A stretch of 64,000 nucleotides of DNA from Klebsiella phage vB_KpM_FBKp24. The position numbers were made by a program, and so were the translations under genes. The stretch lies in sequence record MW394391.1, one strand, 5' to 3'. Below are positions 16,733 through 26,502 of the stretch, piece by piece. Positions within the stretch are counted from its first letter, which is position 1; the number at the start of each line of letters is the position of its first letter. The notes beneath the pieces are model-generated. The model did no database searches and had not been told where the DNA came from. It saw only the letters and a list, made by a program, of their open reading frames with translations.

Positions 16733-17902
16733 TTAAAGAAAACTGGTTTTGGTCAATTTTGCCATTTCAACGGTATTTTCCCAGTTGAGTGCTTCCGCCA
16801 AAGTAACGTCCTTACGGCCGTTAAAATCTACAGGTGGGTAATTTACAGCAGCGCGTGCACGGTTGGCTTCTTCTGGGGACAGTGATCTGAATGGCAACGC
16901 TTTGAATAATCGTCCGGGACGAATAATCGCATCGTCTACGCCTTTAAGGTTCAGAATATTAGTCGAGATAATAAATTTGACGTTACCAGAAGTAATCCCT
17001 TCTACTGCGTTCAATAACCCAGACATCAGGCTATTGCCACTTTCACGTCGTTCAAGCATAACTTGTTGGTCTTCGGTAATAAACCACGAACCATCATCGA
17101 GATCATGAAGGTAGGGAATAAGACCGGGAGAAGTCAGAACATCGGTCGTATCTGCGACGATGATGTTGTCTTGCTTTTGTTGGTTTTTCCAACGTATCAT
17201 TTCTCGAATGAATTGGCTCTTACCCAAACCAGGCGCACCATATAACACCAATACATTGTTATTGGATTTATCAAACGCCTCCGCTAATTCCGCCGGGGAA
17301 GTTGATAAATAAGGCCAAAAGCCGGTATAATCGTTTATCGTTCTTTTTGACTCTAGGCGTTTATTACGACCTACCACCGCTTTATTAACATTTAACGAAA
17401 GACGCCCTACGGTTTCCGGGAGAGGGGCAGTAAAGAAAGCAGAGACAATGTCGACAAACCCCTGGCATATCTCCTCAGGGCCATAGCAGTTTACAAAGTT
17501 TTCTGAAATGCCCGATCCGAAATAAAGCATTCCGATAATTTTACCACGATTATTCGCAAGGAGAAAACTCCCTGGTATAATTTCGGTGTGCGTGAAAACA
17601 TTAAACTCCTTCAAGTAATCTTTTAACGGACCGCCAATAAGACTATCTACTGCGCGATTTAATTCGCGTTGATTACCAACCAGCCAAAACCCTTTTCGCG
17701 AGAATGCCATCGGGCGGTTATTGACGCCTAAGAAAAGACGTATTGCCTTTTTAACAGCTTCATTGGAGTTACGTACATCAGCAGAAATACGACAAAATAT
17801 ATCGAAGAATTCCATCATCTCTTCTTTGAGTTTACCGCTATCTGCATGAGAGTTAGAGGAAAGACTTTTGGTGTAGCTATCGTTTTTACTTTCATTGGCC
17901 AT
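16733..17902 (-). CDS. classic-clade AAA ATPase, paralog A (389 aa)
   Basis: Walker A GAPGLGKSQF, Walker B-like SWFITED, sensor-1 KFIISTN, and RPGR (second region of homology / Arg finger). The C-terminal block is shared with the 18438-19706 protein. Confidence 0.7.
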   Translation of the reverse strand: MANESKNDSYTKSLSSNSHADSGKLKEEMMEFFDIFCRISADVRNSNEAVKKAIRLFLGVNNRPMAFSRKGFWLVGNQRELNRAVDSLIGGPLKDYLKEFNVFTHTEIIPGSFLLANNRGKIIGMLYFGSGISENFVNCYGPEEICQGFVDIVSAFFTAPLPETVGRLSLNVNKAVVGRNKRLESKRTINDYTGFWPYLSTSPAELAEAFDKSNNNVLVLYGAPGLGKSQFIREMIRWKNQQKQDNIIVADTTDVLTSPGLIPYLHDLDDGSWFITEDQQVMLERRESGNSLMSGLLNAVEGITSGNVKFIISTNILNLKGVDDAIIRPGRLFKALPFRSLSPEEANRARAAVNYPPVDFNGRKDVTLAEALNWENTVEMAKLTKTSFL

Positions 17903-18009
17903 TTAAAGAACTCCTTAGTGTATTAGATTAATTTATTGACAGGTACAACCACCGGAGAAAATGCTCTGGTAGCATTTCTCACAAATGACATCTTCTATTT
18001 TCAGAATGA

Positions 18010-18375
18010 TCATTTCTTCCCTCGCGTCGAAGGTTTCTTACCGCCGATGACCGTGACCGTAATCTCTTTACTGGAAAGATAGTTATCGACGTTCGCCATC
18101 TCTTTAACCAGATCTTTATCGGAACCTGCAGATACCCGTGCCGTTTCTTTGTCGTAAGCAATCACGGCATCGACATCATCCACGGGACATTCAAGGACAA
18201 ATGCAATCTCTTCATTAGAGAGTCCCCTACTGCGTAATACGGTCGGGGAAACGGGCGCGCTGAATGCAGGGAAAAGCGATTCGCGTTCCAGAGAACGCGC
18301 TAGGTTATATGCTTGCCGATCAAGTGAATTAAAATACGTCTTTCGTGCCATTTCATTAAGTCTCCTTAAGTTCAT
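18010..18375 (-). CDS. small sigma-70 region-4-like HTH protein (true start possibly internal Met at about 18351)
   Basis: C-terminal GLSNEEIAFVLECPVDDVDAVI resembles a sigma region 4.2 / LuxR-type HTH. The promoter-like motif GTGATATAGAC lies at 18384-18394. Confidence 0.55.
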   Translation of the reverse strand: MNLRRLNEMARKTYFNSLDRQAYNLARSLERESLFPAFSAPVSPTVLRSRGLSNEEIAFVLECPVDDVDAVIAYDKETARVSAGSDKDLVKEMANVDNYLSSKEITVTVIGGKKPSTRGKK

Positions 18376-18403
18376 TCACTGTTGTGATATAGACGTGAAA
18401 AAG

Positions 18404-18429
18404 AAACGAGAGGGGTTTCCCTCTCGTTT
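18404..18429 (-). terminator. intrinsic terminator (AACGAGAGGGG-TTT-CCCCTCTCGTT) plus T-run
   Basis: Hairpin right after the stop of the 18438-19706 gene. Confidence 0.6.
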
Positions 18430-18437
18430 TCTGTCGA

Positions 18438-19706
18438 TTAGCGGCTGATGAAACCGCCTTGTTTGATTTCGCTCTGCAGCGCTTGATACGCTTCCCAGTT
18501 TAACGCCTCTGCTAAACTGAGTTTAGACACGCTACCGAAATCAATCGGAAGATGTCCGACTGCGGCACGCGCGGCGTTCGCTTGGTCAGGGGTTAACGAT
18601 TTAAACGGAATGACGCGTAACGTGCGGCCGGGACGATATAGCGCGTGATCAACGTCTTTCAGCGAGGTGATGTTAGTTGAGATAATGAACTTGACATTAC
18701 CGGAAGTAATTCCTTCGGCAGCATTCAGAATCCCTGCCATCAGACTGTTACCCATATCGCGAGCTTCGATCATCTCGTGGGCGTCTTCGGTCACTAACCA
18801 ACTGTTACTGGCCATGTCGTGAACGTAGGGCGTAAACTGTGGTGATTTGAACACTGGGTTGTCATCGCAGACAAATACCGTACCATGAGAGTTCGCGTCT
18901 TTCCATTTGATCATCTCAGCGATATATTGACTCTTACCTAACCCTGGTTCACCGTAAAGAATCAGTACGTTGGAGTCACTGGCTTCAAACTCCGCTGCCA
19001 TCTCACGGGGTGGTTTTGGTGCGAAGGGCCAAAAGGCTTTTGGGTCAGTCACAGGGCGCCGCTGTTTCAGTGTTTTATACTGACTTTGGATACCACCATT
19101 ACCACCTAAAAAGAGCCGGCGGATAGAAATACTCTTCTCTTTACATTGGAAACTACAGAAGATATCTTTGAGGATTTTCCCGATCGATAAGTCACCAACG
19201 TAATGAAATAGTTGTTGGCTACCGTTATCGTCCAGCTGGCAGGCCCCTACGATTTTATCCTCGCGGAAGATAAAGAAACTCCTGTGACTTAATGACTCAG
19301 TATAGATTCCGTACCGATTCATTTTGTCCAAGAAAAGTTTCAGTACTTCCATTTCAAATTGAAAGACTGCGTCGCCAAAAGGACGTTCGTAGTTAATGAA
19401 CGTGTAAATACGCACTGCTTCTCTTTCAACCTGTTGAAAGAAACGCAATAATAGTACCTGGTTATTTAAATTATCACTAACACGTTCTGGGGAGGGGTAA
19501 AGTCCTTTAAAGATCAGACTGTGGAATCGTTTAATTTCTTCGTACTTTTTAGCGCGAGACGTTTCACTGAGCGGTGGGTAATCTAATAATAGCTCATGGA
19601 AGATCGCAGTACGAGAAGCCAACTCAGTATCATTCCCTTCTTCGATTTCTTCTTCCCATGGCGCTGGGGCTTCTTCTAATGCTTCACGAATAGCTTGTAA
19701 GGACAT
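18438..19706 (-). CDS. classic-clade AAA ATPase, paralog B (422 aa)
   Basis: Walker A GEPGLGKSQY, SWLVTED, KFIISTN, RPGR. The last ~150 aa align almost motif-for-motif with paralog A, while the N-terminal domain differs. Confidence 0.7.
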   Translation of the reverse strand: MSLQAIREALEEAPAPWEEEIEEGNDTELASRTAIFHELLLDYPPLSETSRAKKYEEIKRFHSLIFKGLYPSPERVSDNLNNQVLLLRFFQQVEREAVRIYTFINYERPFGDAVFQFEMEVLKLFLDKMNRYGIYTESLSHRSFFIFREDKIVGACQLDDNGSQQLFHYVGDLSIGKILKDIFCSFQCKEKSISIRRLFLGGNGGIQSQYKTLKQRRPVTDPKAFWPFAPKPPREMAAEFEASDSNVLILYGEPGLGKSQYIAEMIKWKDANSHGTVFVCDDNPVFKSPQFTPYVHDMASNSWLVTEDAHEMIEARDMGNSLMAGILNAAEGITSGNVKFIISTNITSLKDVDHALYRPGRTLRVIPFKSLTPDQANAARAAVGHLPIDFGSVSKLSLAEALNWEAYQALQSEIKQGGFISR

Positions 19707-19734
19707 TTAATGACTCCTTGAATGAAAAATGGAT

Positions 19735-20370
19735 TTATTTAATGGGGACTAATACGGGATGATTCTCTACTTTGCTGATTAACTGCGCTTTCGTTTTCTT
19801 ATTGCCTATCATAGCGTTTCCTTTACCGGAAACAAACTTCACAAATCCCTCGCCTGTTCTCAACTGGTTGAATATTACCCTGCCTTGTCTTTCGATAAAA
19901 CGACGGTCTTCCCCTAAGGCTTTATTATCGAGTTCACCTGCAACGAATTGTAACCCAAATTGATTCCCTTTGAATAATTTATTGTTACCCGATTTAAGAT
20001 AAGGAAAGTCCCCGCCGAATCCCGTTTCATCGACGTATTTAATGGAAGAAATAATGACTCTACTAGCACGTCCTTTGTCGACTGCTTTATGAATCAACCG
20101 CACGATGTCATCAGCGAGCGTTTTCCAATTGTAAGGGTACAAGTTTCCATGGAAATAAATCCCAATCAGCTGCGACAACTCCCCCTGAGTATTGATCGCC
20201 ATCAATCCGTCAAATTCACGGACTTTGTGCATATCGCTGGTAAGGCTGACAATCGGTCTTTCGCCGAAGTACATACTCGCCTGGGTCAACTCCCCGTGTT
20301 TCCCTACCGACCCAACCAACGTTTGTTTCTTATCCGTGTAACAAAAGTTTGTACTCAACACTCTTGACAT
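19735..20370 (-). CDS. hypothetical protein 211 aa
   Basis: ORF only. Confidence 0.55.
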   Translation of the reverse strand: MSRVLSTNFCYTDKKQTLVGSVGKHGELTQASMYFGERPIVSLTSDMHKVREFDGLMAINTQGELSQLIGIYFHGNLYPYNWKTLADDIVRLIHKAVDKGRASRVIISSIKYVDETGFGGDFPYLKSGNNKLFKGNQFGLQFVAGELDNKALGEDRRFIERQGRVIFNQLRTGEGFVKFVSGKGNAMIGNKKTKAQLISKVENHPVLVPIK

Positions 20371-20385
20371 TCCTTCCCTCCCGAT

Positions 20386-20757
20386 TTAAAACAATAACCC
20401 TAACGCAATGCCAACAACAGTACCAGCAACACTACCAATGACTATACCGACTAATACAGGTCGGAATACCTTTTTCAAAGCATTAGAACGCGCTCTATTG
20501 CGCTCTAAGCGTTCTTTCTCCGCCTCCCTTAGTTCTTCCTGTTCTTTCGCATTTAACCTATCAGCGTGAGCCTGAGCGTCTTCTGCGGACTCATAGATCG
20601 TGATAGTCCGACAGCCGAATTGGTCGGTCTCACGGGTATAACGATATTCGTCATCGTACCACGTAGACTTTCGATCCATCGGTAGATCGTTAATCGACAA
20701 GAGGTAGTTATCGTACATCACGACATAGCCATTTTTGTATCGATCGATTCCGTACAT
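20386..20757 (-). CDS. C-terminally membrane-anchored coiled-coil protein 123 aa
   Basis: C-terminal hydrophobic helix VLVGIVIGSVAGTVVGIALGLLF preceded by a charged coiled-coil segment. Confidence 0.5.
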   Translation of the reverse strand: MYGIDRYKNGYVVMYDNYLLSINDLPMDRKSTWYDDEYRYTRETDQFGCRTITIYESAEDAQAHADRLNAKEQEELREAEKERLERNRARSNALKKVFRPVLVGIVIGSVAGTVVGIALGLLF

Positions 20758-20767
20758 TTTATCTCTC

Positions 20768-21118
20768 TTAATGTTTTCTTAGGGAGTTTGGCTGAGGGTC
20801 CGCGTATTTAAAAACAAGTAATTCCTCACCGTCGCGTTTAAAGAAGGGACGGAGAACCATAGTCCCTTCTTCATTATTCACCACAGTGAAAATTAACGCT
20901 GAAATTCCCCTCCCGCTAATAACTATTGCGGTAATACAATGTTTAAAAGATTCCTCATTCAATTCCTGAAAAGGAATGAGTAGGTAAGATCCTTCTTCCT
21001 CATTAATGGAGATGATACTCTCTCCTGTTTTAATTTCCTCGTATGTATCAGGGTTGTAAAAGTGAAAATCTCCAATTGGTGTACTTATCGAGATGTCTTT
21101 TGTTCTTTCTTTACTCAC
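20768..21118 (-). CDS. hypothetical protein 116 aa
   Basis: ORF only. Confidence 0.5.
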   Translation of the reverse strand: MSKERTKDISISTPIGDFHFYNPDTYEEIKTGESIISINEEEGSYLLIPFQELNEESFKHCITAIVISGRGISALIFTVVNNEEGTMVLRPFFKRDGEELLVFKYADPQPNSLRKH

Positions 21119-21150
21119 TTTTCTTTTCCTCTAAAAACGTCTGAAACTGT

Positions 21151-21555
21151 TTACCAAGGAATGACAGACGGATCTTCCGCTGTGTCAAACGCTCGGTATT
21201 GCGTAATGAACTCTGAAATCCCTTTTGCTACCCTGGCGTTAAAGGTAGCTCTGTCCAGCGAATGATACAGGATGATACTGTCGTCATGCCACCCCTCTTT
21301 ACTTTTCCGTAACCAATCGATAAAGAGACGCAACCCTTCCGCTTTTTCAGACGCCTGAATGAAAACCGTATACTGATCGATGTCTACTGGTTTTTCTTTC
21401 TTTAAACGTAAGAGGTCTTTTTGCAGACGGTCTACGATAAGGTCGTAACGCATCGCAAATTGATCTTCTTGGCTCAATCGATTAAACTCTAGATAAAGTG
21501 AATTTCCCATTGTACTTCCCCTTTTCGCACTGGATAATGTTTCGAGAAATTCCAA
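21151..21555 (-). CDS. hypothetical protein 134 aa
   Basis: ORF only. Overlaps the upstream gene's 3' end. Confidence 0.45.
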   Translation of the reverse strand: MEFLETLSSAKRGSTMGNSLYLEFNRLSQEDQFAMRYDLIVDRLQKDLLRLKKEKPVDIDQYTVFIQASEKAEGLRLFIDWLRKSKEGWHDDSIILYHSLDRATFNARVAKGISEFITQYRAFDTAEDPSVIPW

Positions 21556-21965
21556 TCGATTTCCCTTAAAGGAAATATCGCCGGGTTCTTAAGGTGGTGA
21601 CTAATAGGGTCGCAGTACTCAACGACTAAACCCTGTATTTCGTCTAACGCCGGTTTAATCACCTCTAAAAAGATTTCGGCGCAGATGCTGTAACTTAGTG
21701 ACGTGTCGATCCACAACTTCAATGTTTTTCGATCAAAGGGTTCTAATAGATCAGCTCTATTAGTGACGACGACAATACGCTCCAAGACTTTGAATTCATT
21801 AACGTCAAGTTCAACGTGTTCTTTGATCAGTTGGATCCCTTGATCCAATTCCCAATTACGGGAATAAAACCCTCGTTGAGTCAGGCGATACTGCAGAAGA
21901 GTTAAAATCTTACTTTTCCCAGTCCCGGGCGCACCTACAATTTTAAACGTTACTTTGTCTTTCAT
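21489..21965 (-). CDS. small P-loop NTPase (possible nucleotide kinase-like)
   Basis: Walker A IVGAPGTGKSKIL near the N-terminus, 158 aa. Confidence 0.55.
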   Translation of the reverse strand: MKDKVTFKIVGAPGTGKSKILTLLQYRLTQRGFYSRNWELDQGIQLIKEHVELDVNEFKVLERIVVVTNRADLLEPFDRKTLKLWIDTSLSYSICAEIFLEVIKPALDEIQGLVVEYCDPISHHLKNPAIFPLREIDWNFSKHYPVRKGEVQWEIHFI

Positions 21966-21975
21966 TCCACCCTCC

Positions 21976-22578
21976 TTATTCCAAAAAGACCCCGAAGAAC
22001 CAGCGCTGCTGCGGAGCAGCGTACTGCCCTCTCACTTTCAGGACAGGGACAGAGAATCCCTTTTCCTCAGCCACTGATTTCACTGTTTGAATGATATTTT
22101 CAAATGAGGCTTTCAGGTTCTCGCTTTCCTGCACCCCGTGTTCTGAATTAAACCCTAATACGGAAAGATCCCTTTTAAGAAACTCATCCAGTTTCCAAAC
22201 CTTATCCACATTACCTGTCCCTTCTAGCACCGGTAGATCCTCGGTATTCCGACGACGGATAAACGAGAGGTTCCAGTTCTCTCCTTCCGAGTAGGGGAGA
22301 CTTACGTAATGCGATACGAATACCTCCAGACGGTCTGTCTGTACTCTGGATACGATTCGTTTCTCGACAACCCGTTTAATCTCTTCGACGTCATCCTGTC
22401 GATTGATAAACGCCACCCCAGTACTCAGGATCTCTTCGTTGTAGAGAAACCCTGCTTTCTCAAACACTAACCCCAACCCAGCCACTGTCATCTCTTTCTG
22501 GCAGAAATTCGCAATCAGTTTCTGTTCTGCCAATAAACGGTAAACGTTAGCAGCGTACTCAATAGCGTCTTTGTCCAT
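21976..22578 (-). CDS. hypothetical protein 200 aa
   Basis: ORF only. Confidence 0.55.
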   Translation of the reverse strand: MDKDAIEYAANVYRLLAEQKLIANFCQKEMTVAGLGLVFEKAGFLYNEEILSTGVAFINRQDDVEEIKRVVEKRIVSRVQTDRLEVFVSHYVSLPYSEGENWNLSFIRRRNTEDLPVLEGTGNVDKVWKLDEFLKRDLSVLGFNSEHGVQESENLKASFENIIQTVKSVAEEKGFSVPVLKVRGQYAAPQQRWFFGVFLE

Positions 22579-22618
22579 TCTGGAATTCCTCTAGGTTAAA
22601 TTGAAAAACGTTAACGGA

Positions 22619-23023
22619 TTATTTCAACCATTCGGCTTTTGTTTTCTTCAGCAGCTGACTGATCCTGGCTTCAGAGAGACCAAAGTCAATGGCAATCGTT
22701 TTATTCGGTACTCCTTTAAAATGGAGTTTCAATACCTCCAATTCCTGATAGGCTTTCAATCCTACTTTAATCTCTTCAAGGAGGTTTTGCTTTTCTTTAG
22801 TTGACGGTTTCTTGTTCTGAAGATCATTCACTGCTTCAGCTACCTTACTCAATAGCTTAGCAGAACCTACTACCAGTTTATTCTCAATCTTATTCAATTC
22901 CAATTGATACGTATTTTTCATTTCTCCCTCCTCAAGATGCATAATCCCAGAGGAGAGTGTAGAACTCTCTCTCCAGGAATGTTGATTCGTTCTCTTCACG
23001 GATAATGTCAAGGTCAACGACAA
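22619..23023 (-). CDS. small HTH protein, sigma region-4-like
   Basis: C-terminal KTIAIDFGLSEARISQLLKK HTH. Confidence 0.5.
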   Translation of the reverse strand: MSLTLTLSVKRTNQHSWRESSTLSSGIMHLEEGEMKNTYQLELNKIENKLVVGSAKLLSKVAEAVNDLQNKKPSTKEKQNLLEEIKVGLKAYQELEVLKLHFKGVPNKTIAIDFGLSEARISQLLKKTKAEWLK

Positions 23024-23282
23024 GCGTAATCTTCATTTCAATCAGATTACTTGAAGGAGTATTACTCCCTTACGCTACTCTCTTTTCCTTAACCGTTTCA
23101 GTCACTCTGTTCCTTCACTCTAAGGAAGAGTAGCTGCAGTACGTAATAGTCACACGTGTTCGACTGGATTAACTTAAAACCCCCCTCCCCAAATCCGTCT
23201 TAATTTAGTAGAGTATTTCCAAGCCAATTCCAGTCAATTATTTCGTTACGATTCACATACTAATGACATATGTGAAAAAAGA

Positions 23283-24239
23283 TTAATCGGGTAACTTCTT
23301 AGTAAACTGGTAACGGAATAACTCCGTTTCAATAATGGGGAAGTAAGAACGATTCCGATATTCCAACAAAATCAGATTATGGTAAAATATCGCTTTCTTA
23401 AACTCCGCATCTGATTGTTTACTGGTACGAAATTGATACAGAGAAGGGCGATCGTTATACCCTCGACCCAAGGAAACAATCAGATTAATGAGCTTCTCTT
23501 GAGTGTCTATTCCGTCCAGAGATTCACAATGATCAAAATAGCTTTTATAAACATTATCAGACGGGTCTAAGACGAACCGATAGAAATTAAATCCCGAATG
23601 TCTAATGGTCAGTTGGTATTGTTCTGGACATTTAAAAACCTCTTGAACTGAAACTCCCGTAAGGAATTCTTCGTCTACTGAATCAGCATCAGTAGTGAGT
23701 AGCTCAACAACAGATTCTTCGGGTGATAAGGCTGCTAACTGACGATCCTTAGTCCCTTGAATATTAGCAATGACCGCCTCCAGTTCAGGGTCTTTTGGTC
23801 GTGCCAATAATCCCACATCGATACCAGCCCCAGAATGAATCCCTCCCCCTGTCTTTAACTCGAGAATCATATTTTTTATCTGCTGTCGTGAATACGTCGT
23901 TAATGTCGTATCATCGTAAAACAACTGCCTATGACAATATTCCGCTTCAGCAAAAGCGTTAAGTAAACCAATGAGAGCATTGATATTCTCCTCATTTTTG
24001 TCAGTAGCGTTGAACGGTGCTGATACCACGATATTAGGGCGAAAGAAAAGGTCGCCAGGTAACCGCACTAATGTCCCGCTATTCAGTCCATTGAACTGAA
24101 TACCTAACCGATCAAATCGGTTTATCCAAGGACACCCCTTGGCATTGGTCAATGCAATTCGGAGATTTTGTTCCGGGAAATAATGGTCTAATGTTTTACC
24201 GTCAGAGGTGTCTACGACCCGATACAGAACTTTTTTCAT
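23283..24239 (-). CDS. hypothetical protein 318 aa
   Basis: ORF only. Checked for ADP-ribosyltransferase R-S-E motifs and not found. Confidence 0.6.
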   Translation of the reverse strand: MKKVLYRVVDTSDGKTLDHYFPEQNLRIALTNAKGCPWINRFDRLGIQFNGLNSGTLVRLPGDLFFRPNIVVSAPFNATDKNEENINALIGLLNAFAEAEYCHRQLFYDDTTLTTYSRQQIKNMILELKTGGGIHSGAGIDVGLLARPKDPELEAVIANIQGTKDRQLAALSPEESVVELLTTDADSVDEEFLTGVSVQEVFKCPEQYQLTIRHSGFNFYRFVLDPSDNVYKSYFDHCESLDGIDTQEKLINLIVSLGRGYNDRPSLYQFRTSKQSDAEFKKAIFYHNLILLEYRNRSYFPIIETELFRYQFTKKLPD

Positions 24240-24499
24240 TTCCTATCTCCCCCACCCAAGTACTTCAAGTTAGCAACAAAACCGCTCTTGGCTAATGACG
24301 ACAAATCCTTCTGACCGATCAGACGAAGAAAGGTACGGTTAACTACCGCGTTAGCTCGTATACCTACCGGGAGTTTACCTATCTCCCGTAAAGCGAGTTT
24401 GATACGCGTACGGAACGTTTTACACAGATTTTCATCAAAACGTGCAATCGCCTTTACTTCTGCCTCAATGACTTTCATGTTCATTCTCTTTCTCCTCAA
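24236..24499 (-). CDS. hypothetical protein 87 aa
   Basis: Start overlaps the upstream gene's stop (ATGA). Confidence 0.45.
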   Translation of the reverse strand: MRRKRMNMKVIEAEVKAIARFDENLCKTFRTRIKLALREIGKLPVGIRANAVVNRTFLRLIGQKDLSSLAKSGFVANLKYLGGGDRK

Positions 24500-24509
24500 A
24501 TTACTGTTA

Positions 24510-24875
24510 TCAGTGTTTCGTTAATAAAGGTAAAAGTTCCTCTGGGAACTCTGCTAAGGGGCGTTTCTCGCCGTCACTTCTCATGGCCACGGGAAAACCT
24601 TGTTGACTATACCCCACTACCTTAACGAGACAAATACTTGAAACGTGCCCCGCTTCAAAAACGGTTCCGTTCTTCGCCAGCCAATACTCGATAATCGTTT
24701 TCTCAGTAAAGAAATCTTTAGCCGTTGTGAGAAAACACTCAGGCGCCTCCGTATGCGTTTTAAATACTACAAGGTAATATTTATCGATTAACAGCTGATC
24801 GATGCTTAGAGAGACGTTCAGAAACGATTCAGGTCGTTTTAACTGTGTCTCGGTAATGTCAATGGAAACTTTCAC
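24510..24875 (-). CDS. hypothetical protein 121 aa
   Basis: ORF only. Confidence 0.5.
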   Translation of the reverse strand: MKVSIDITETQLKRPESFLNVSLSIDQLLIDKYYLVVFKTHTEAPECFLTTAKDFFTEKTIIEYWLAKNGTVFEAGHVSSICLVKVVGYSQQGFPVAMRSDGEKRPLAEFPEELLPLLTKH

Positions 24876-24890
24876 ACGGTGTCCCCTTGG

Positions 24891-25337
24891 TTAGAAATAC
24901 AAATGAATATCCACTAAAGATACCCCTAAAACCTCATCGGTCATACGACGAACCGTTACCGGGTCTAACTTCCCATTCCCGCACCCCAGATGCGACATCG
25001 CCAATGTATTAATCCCGTAACGTTCTATTGCTACGGCAATGTGTTCCAAACAGCTTTTAACCCATTCGTACCGAGAAGGGTAACGCCAATGGTCTTTAGT
25101 GGCGACGAGTAATAATTTCGTTCCATCTTTCGCGGTCGTGTACCAGCACATACCGGGTTTCCAATACCCTTTCCCGCATTGTTCTTTGTACTTAGAAAAC
25201 ACCTCAGGATGTCGTTGTTTGGCCTCCAGTGCAATGCCTGTACCCATCACCCCTACGCAGTTTACCGTTACGACCTTGACGGAATCTTCTACTTCGTCTT
25301 CGAATAGATTTCCTTTGCGTAATAATATTACCGCCAT
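24891..25337 (-). CDS. macro domain protein (Poa1p-like ADP-ribose / ADP-ribose-1''-phosphate processing)
   Basis: VVTVNCVGVMGTGIALEAKQRHPEVF matches the Poa1p-type macro signature (N..G.xGxGIA...YP). Also the C-terminal HLGCGNGKLD glycine-rich phosphate-binding loop. Confidence 0.55.
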   Translation of the reverse strand: MAVILLRKGNLFEDEVEDSVKVVTVNCVGVMGTGIALEAKQRHPEVFSKYKEQCGKGYWKPGMCWYTTAKDGTKLLLVATKDHWRYPSRYEWVKSCLEHIAVAIERYGINTLAMSHLGCGNGKLDPVTVRRMTDEVLGVSLVDIHLYF

Positions 25338-25814
25338 GTATTCTTCCCCTTACGCTTTCTGAAATTTTAGAGCATAAATCGCAGCCCTTTACGGACTACG
25401 CTAAATAAAAAATTATTTAATACATAAAAAATGATTGCCCTAAAAGAATAGGTCAACCCCGGGTAATCGGCAAGGATGTCGTTCGGTCCACACGTTCTCG
25501 CTCCGTTCCGTATCCTCTCCCTCTACGAGTGTGAGTCTACTACACTACTCTCGCTCGTGTTCCCCTCTCTCCTCTCTTCTTGCCGATTCCAATTTTGTTC
25601 ATAGAAATATAAGGAATAATTTTTTAAATTTCCAGAGAGGAATGGTAATGACTCTCTCTGAAATCTATCAGATTGAGTAAGCGATTTCTTTACAGGTTAA
25701 ATGTATTTTAACAGTAGAAATAAACTATGTTAAATTTCGATCAGAAATTTTCTCTACACTTACCGTAAGGTATAAGCTTCGCTGTTCGGTATATGTGAAT
25801 AGGCGGCGAGGTGT

Positions 25815-26279
25815 TTAGCGCGGGCGAGCGAGGCCGCTGGCGAGGAGTCGATGGCAATCCGCCAACAGCGATAAACGATAAGGTGTAAAGTTAGCTTCAG
25901 TCAATACACCGTTATCGATTAACCGTTGGAAGAAGATACCCGAGGCAAAATCCCAAGGACACCAAAATGTTTTCCGTTCATTTGCTAATGCTAATGCCTC
26001 AGTCACTAAACGCTGCGCGATTCCTGTACCACGTAGCGACTTCTTAACGTAGAGCATTGCCGTGTAGACAAAATTTCCGCCATTTCCATCTGGTATTAAG
26101 ACGCAAACCGCCTGATAGGTATTCTTCCCTTCCGGAGAATAGAATACCGCTTTACACGGCCATTCCCCAGTACGCTGCTCATAGATTCCCTCTAGCATTT
26201 TCCCTTTTAGTAGATACAGTTCATGCTCTAAACACAAACGGTAAATTTCATTAGACCCTTCAATAACACTGTAACCCAT
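25815..26279 (-). CDS. GNAT family N-acetyltransferase (second copy)
   Basis: Motif A RGTGIAQRLVTEAL, 154 aa. Confidence 0.7.
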   Translation of the reverse strand: MGYSVIEGSNEIYRLCLEHELYLLKGKMLEGIYEQRTGEWPCKAVFYSPEGKNTYQAVCVLIPDGNGGNFVYTAMLYVKKSLRGTGIAQRLVTEALALANERKTFWCPWDFASGIFFQRLIDNGVLTEANFTPYRLSLLADCHRLLASGLARPR

Positions 26280-26397
26280 TCTAAAATCCCCTGTACGCCA
26301 TTCTTAGCAATTGAATCGTATAATCCACCTACTTAGTCACCTAAACGAATCAAAGCGGTTAGCGTGAGTTATACTCAGCCATAGGGCTATCAATAGA

Positions 26398-26408
26398 GTG
26401 ATATATAC
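26398..26408 (-). promoter_or_regulatory. promoter-like motif GTGATATATAC
   Basis: Same conserved motif, preceded on the minus strand by the terminator hairpin at 26461-26490. Confidence 0.4.
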
Positions 26409-26502
26409 TTCAAGTCCAATCGAAATTAGAGCTAATTCCTCCCTCAACATTGGCACAGACAGAGGAGAGGGGACTACCCTCTCCTCTGTTATGTTTTAAC
26501 GG

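Noticed and set aside
23283-24239. Possible ADP-ribosyltransferase partner for the macro domain
   Set aside because: No R-S-E (Arg / STS / ExE) catalytic triad arrangement could be found in the 318-aa product.
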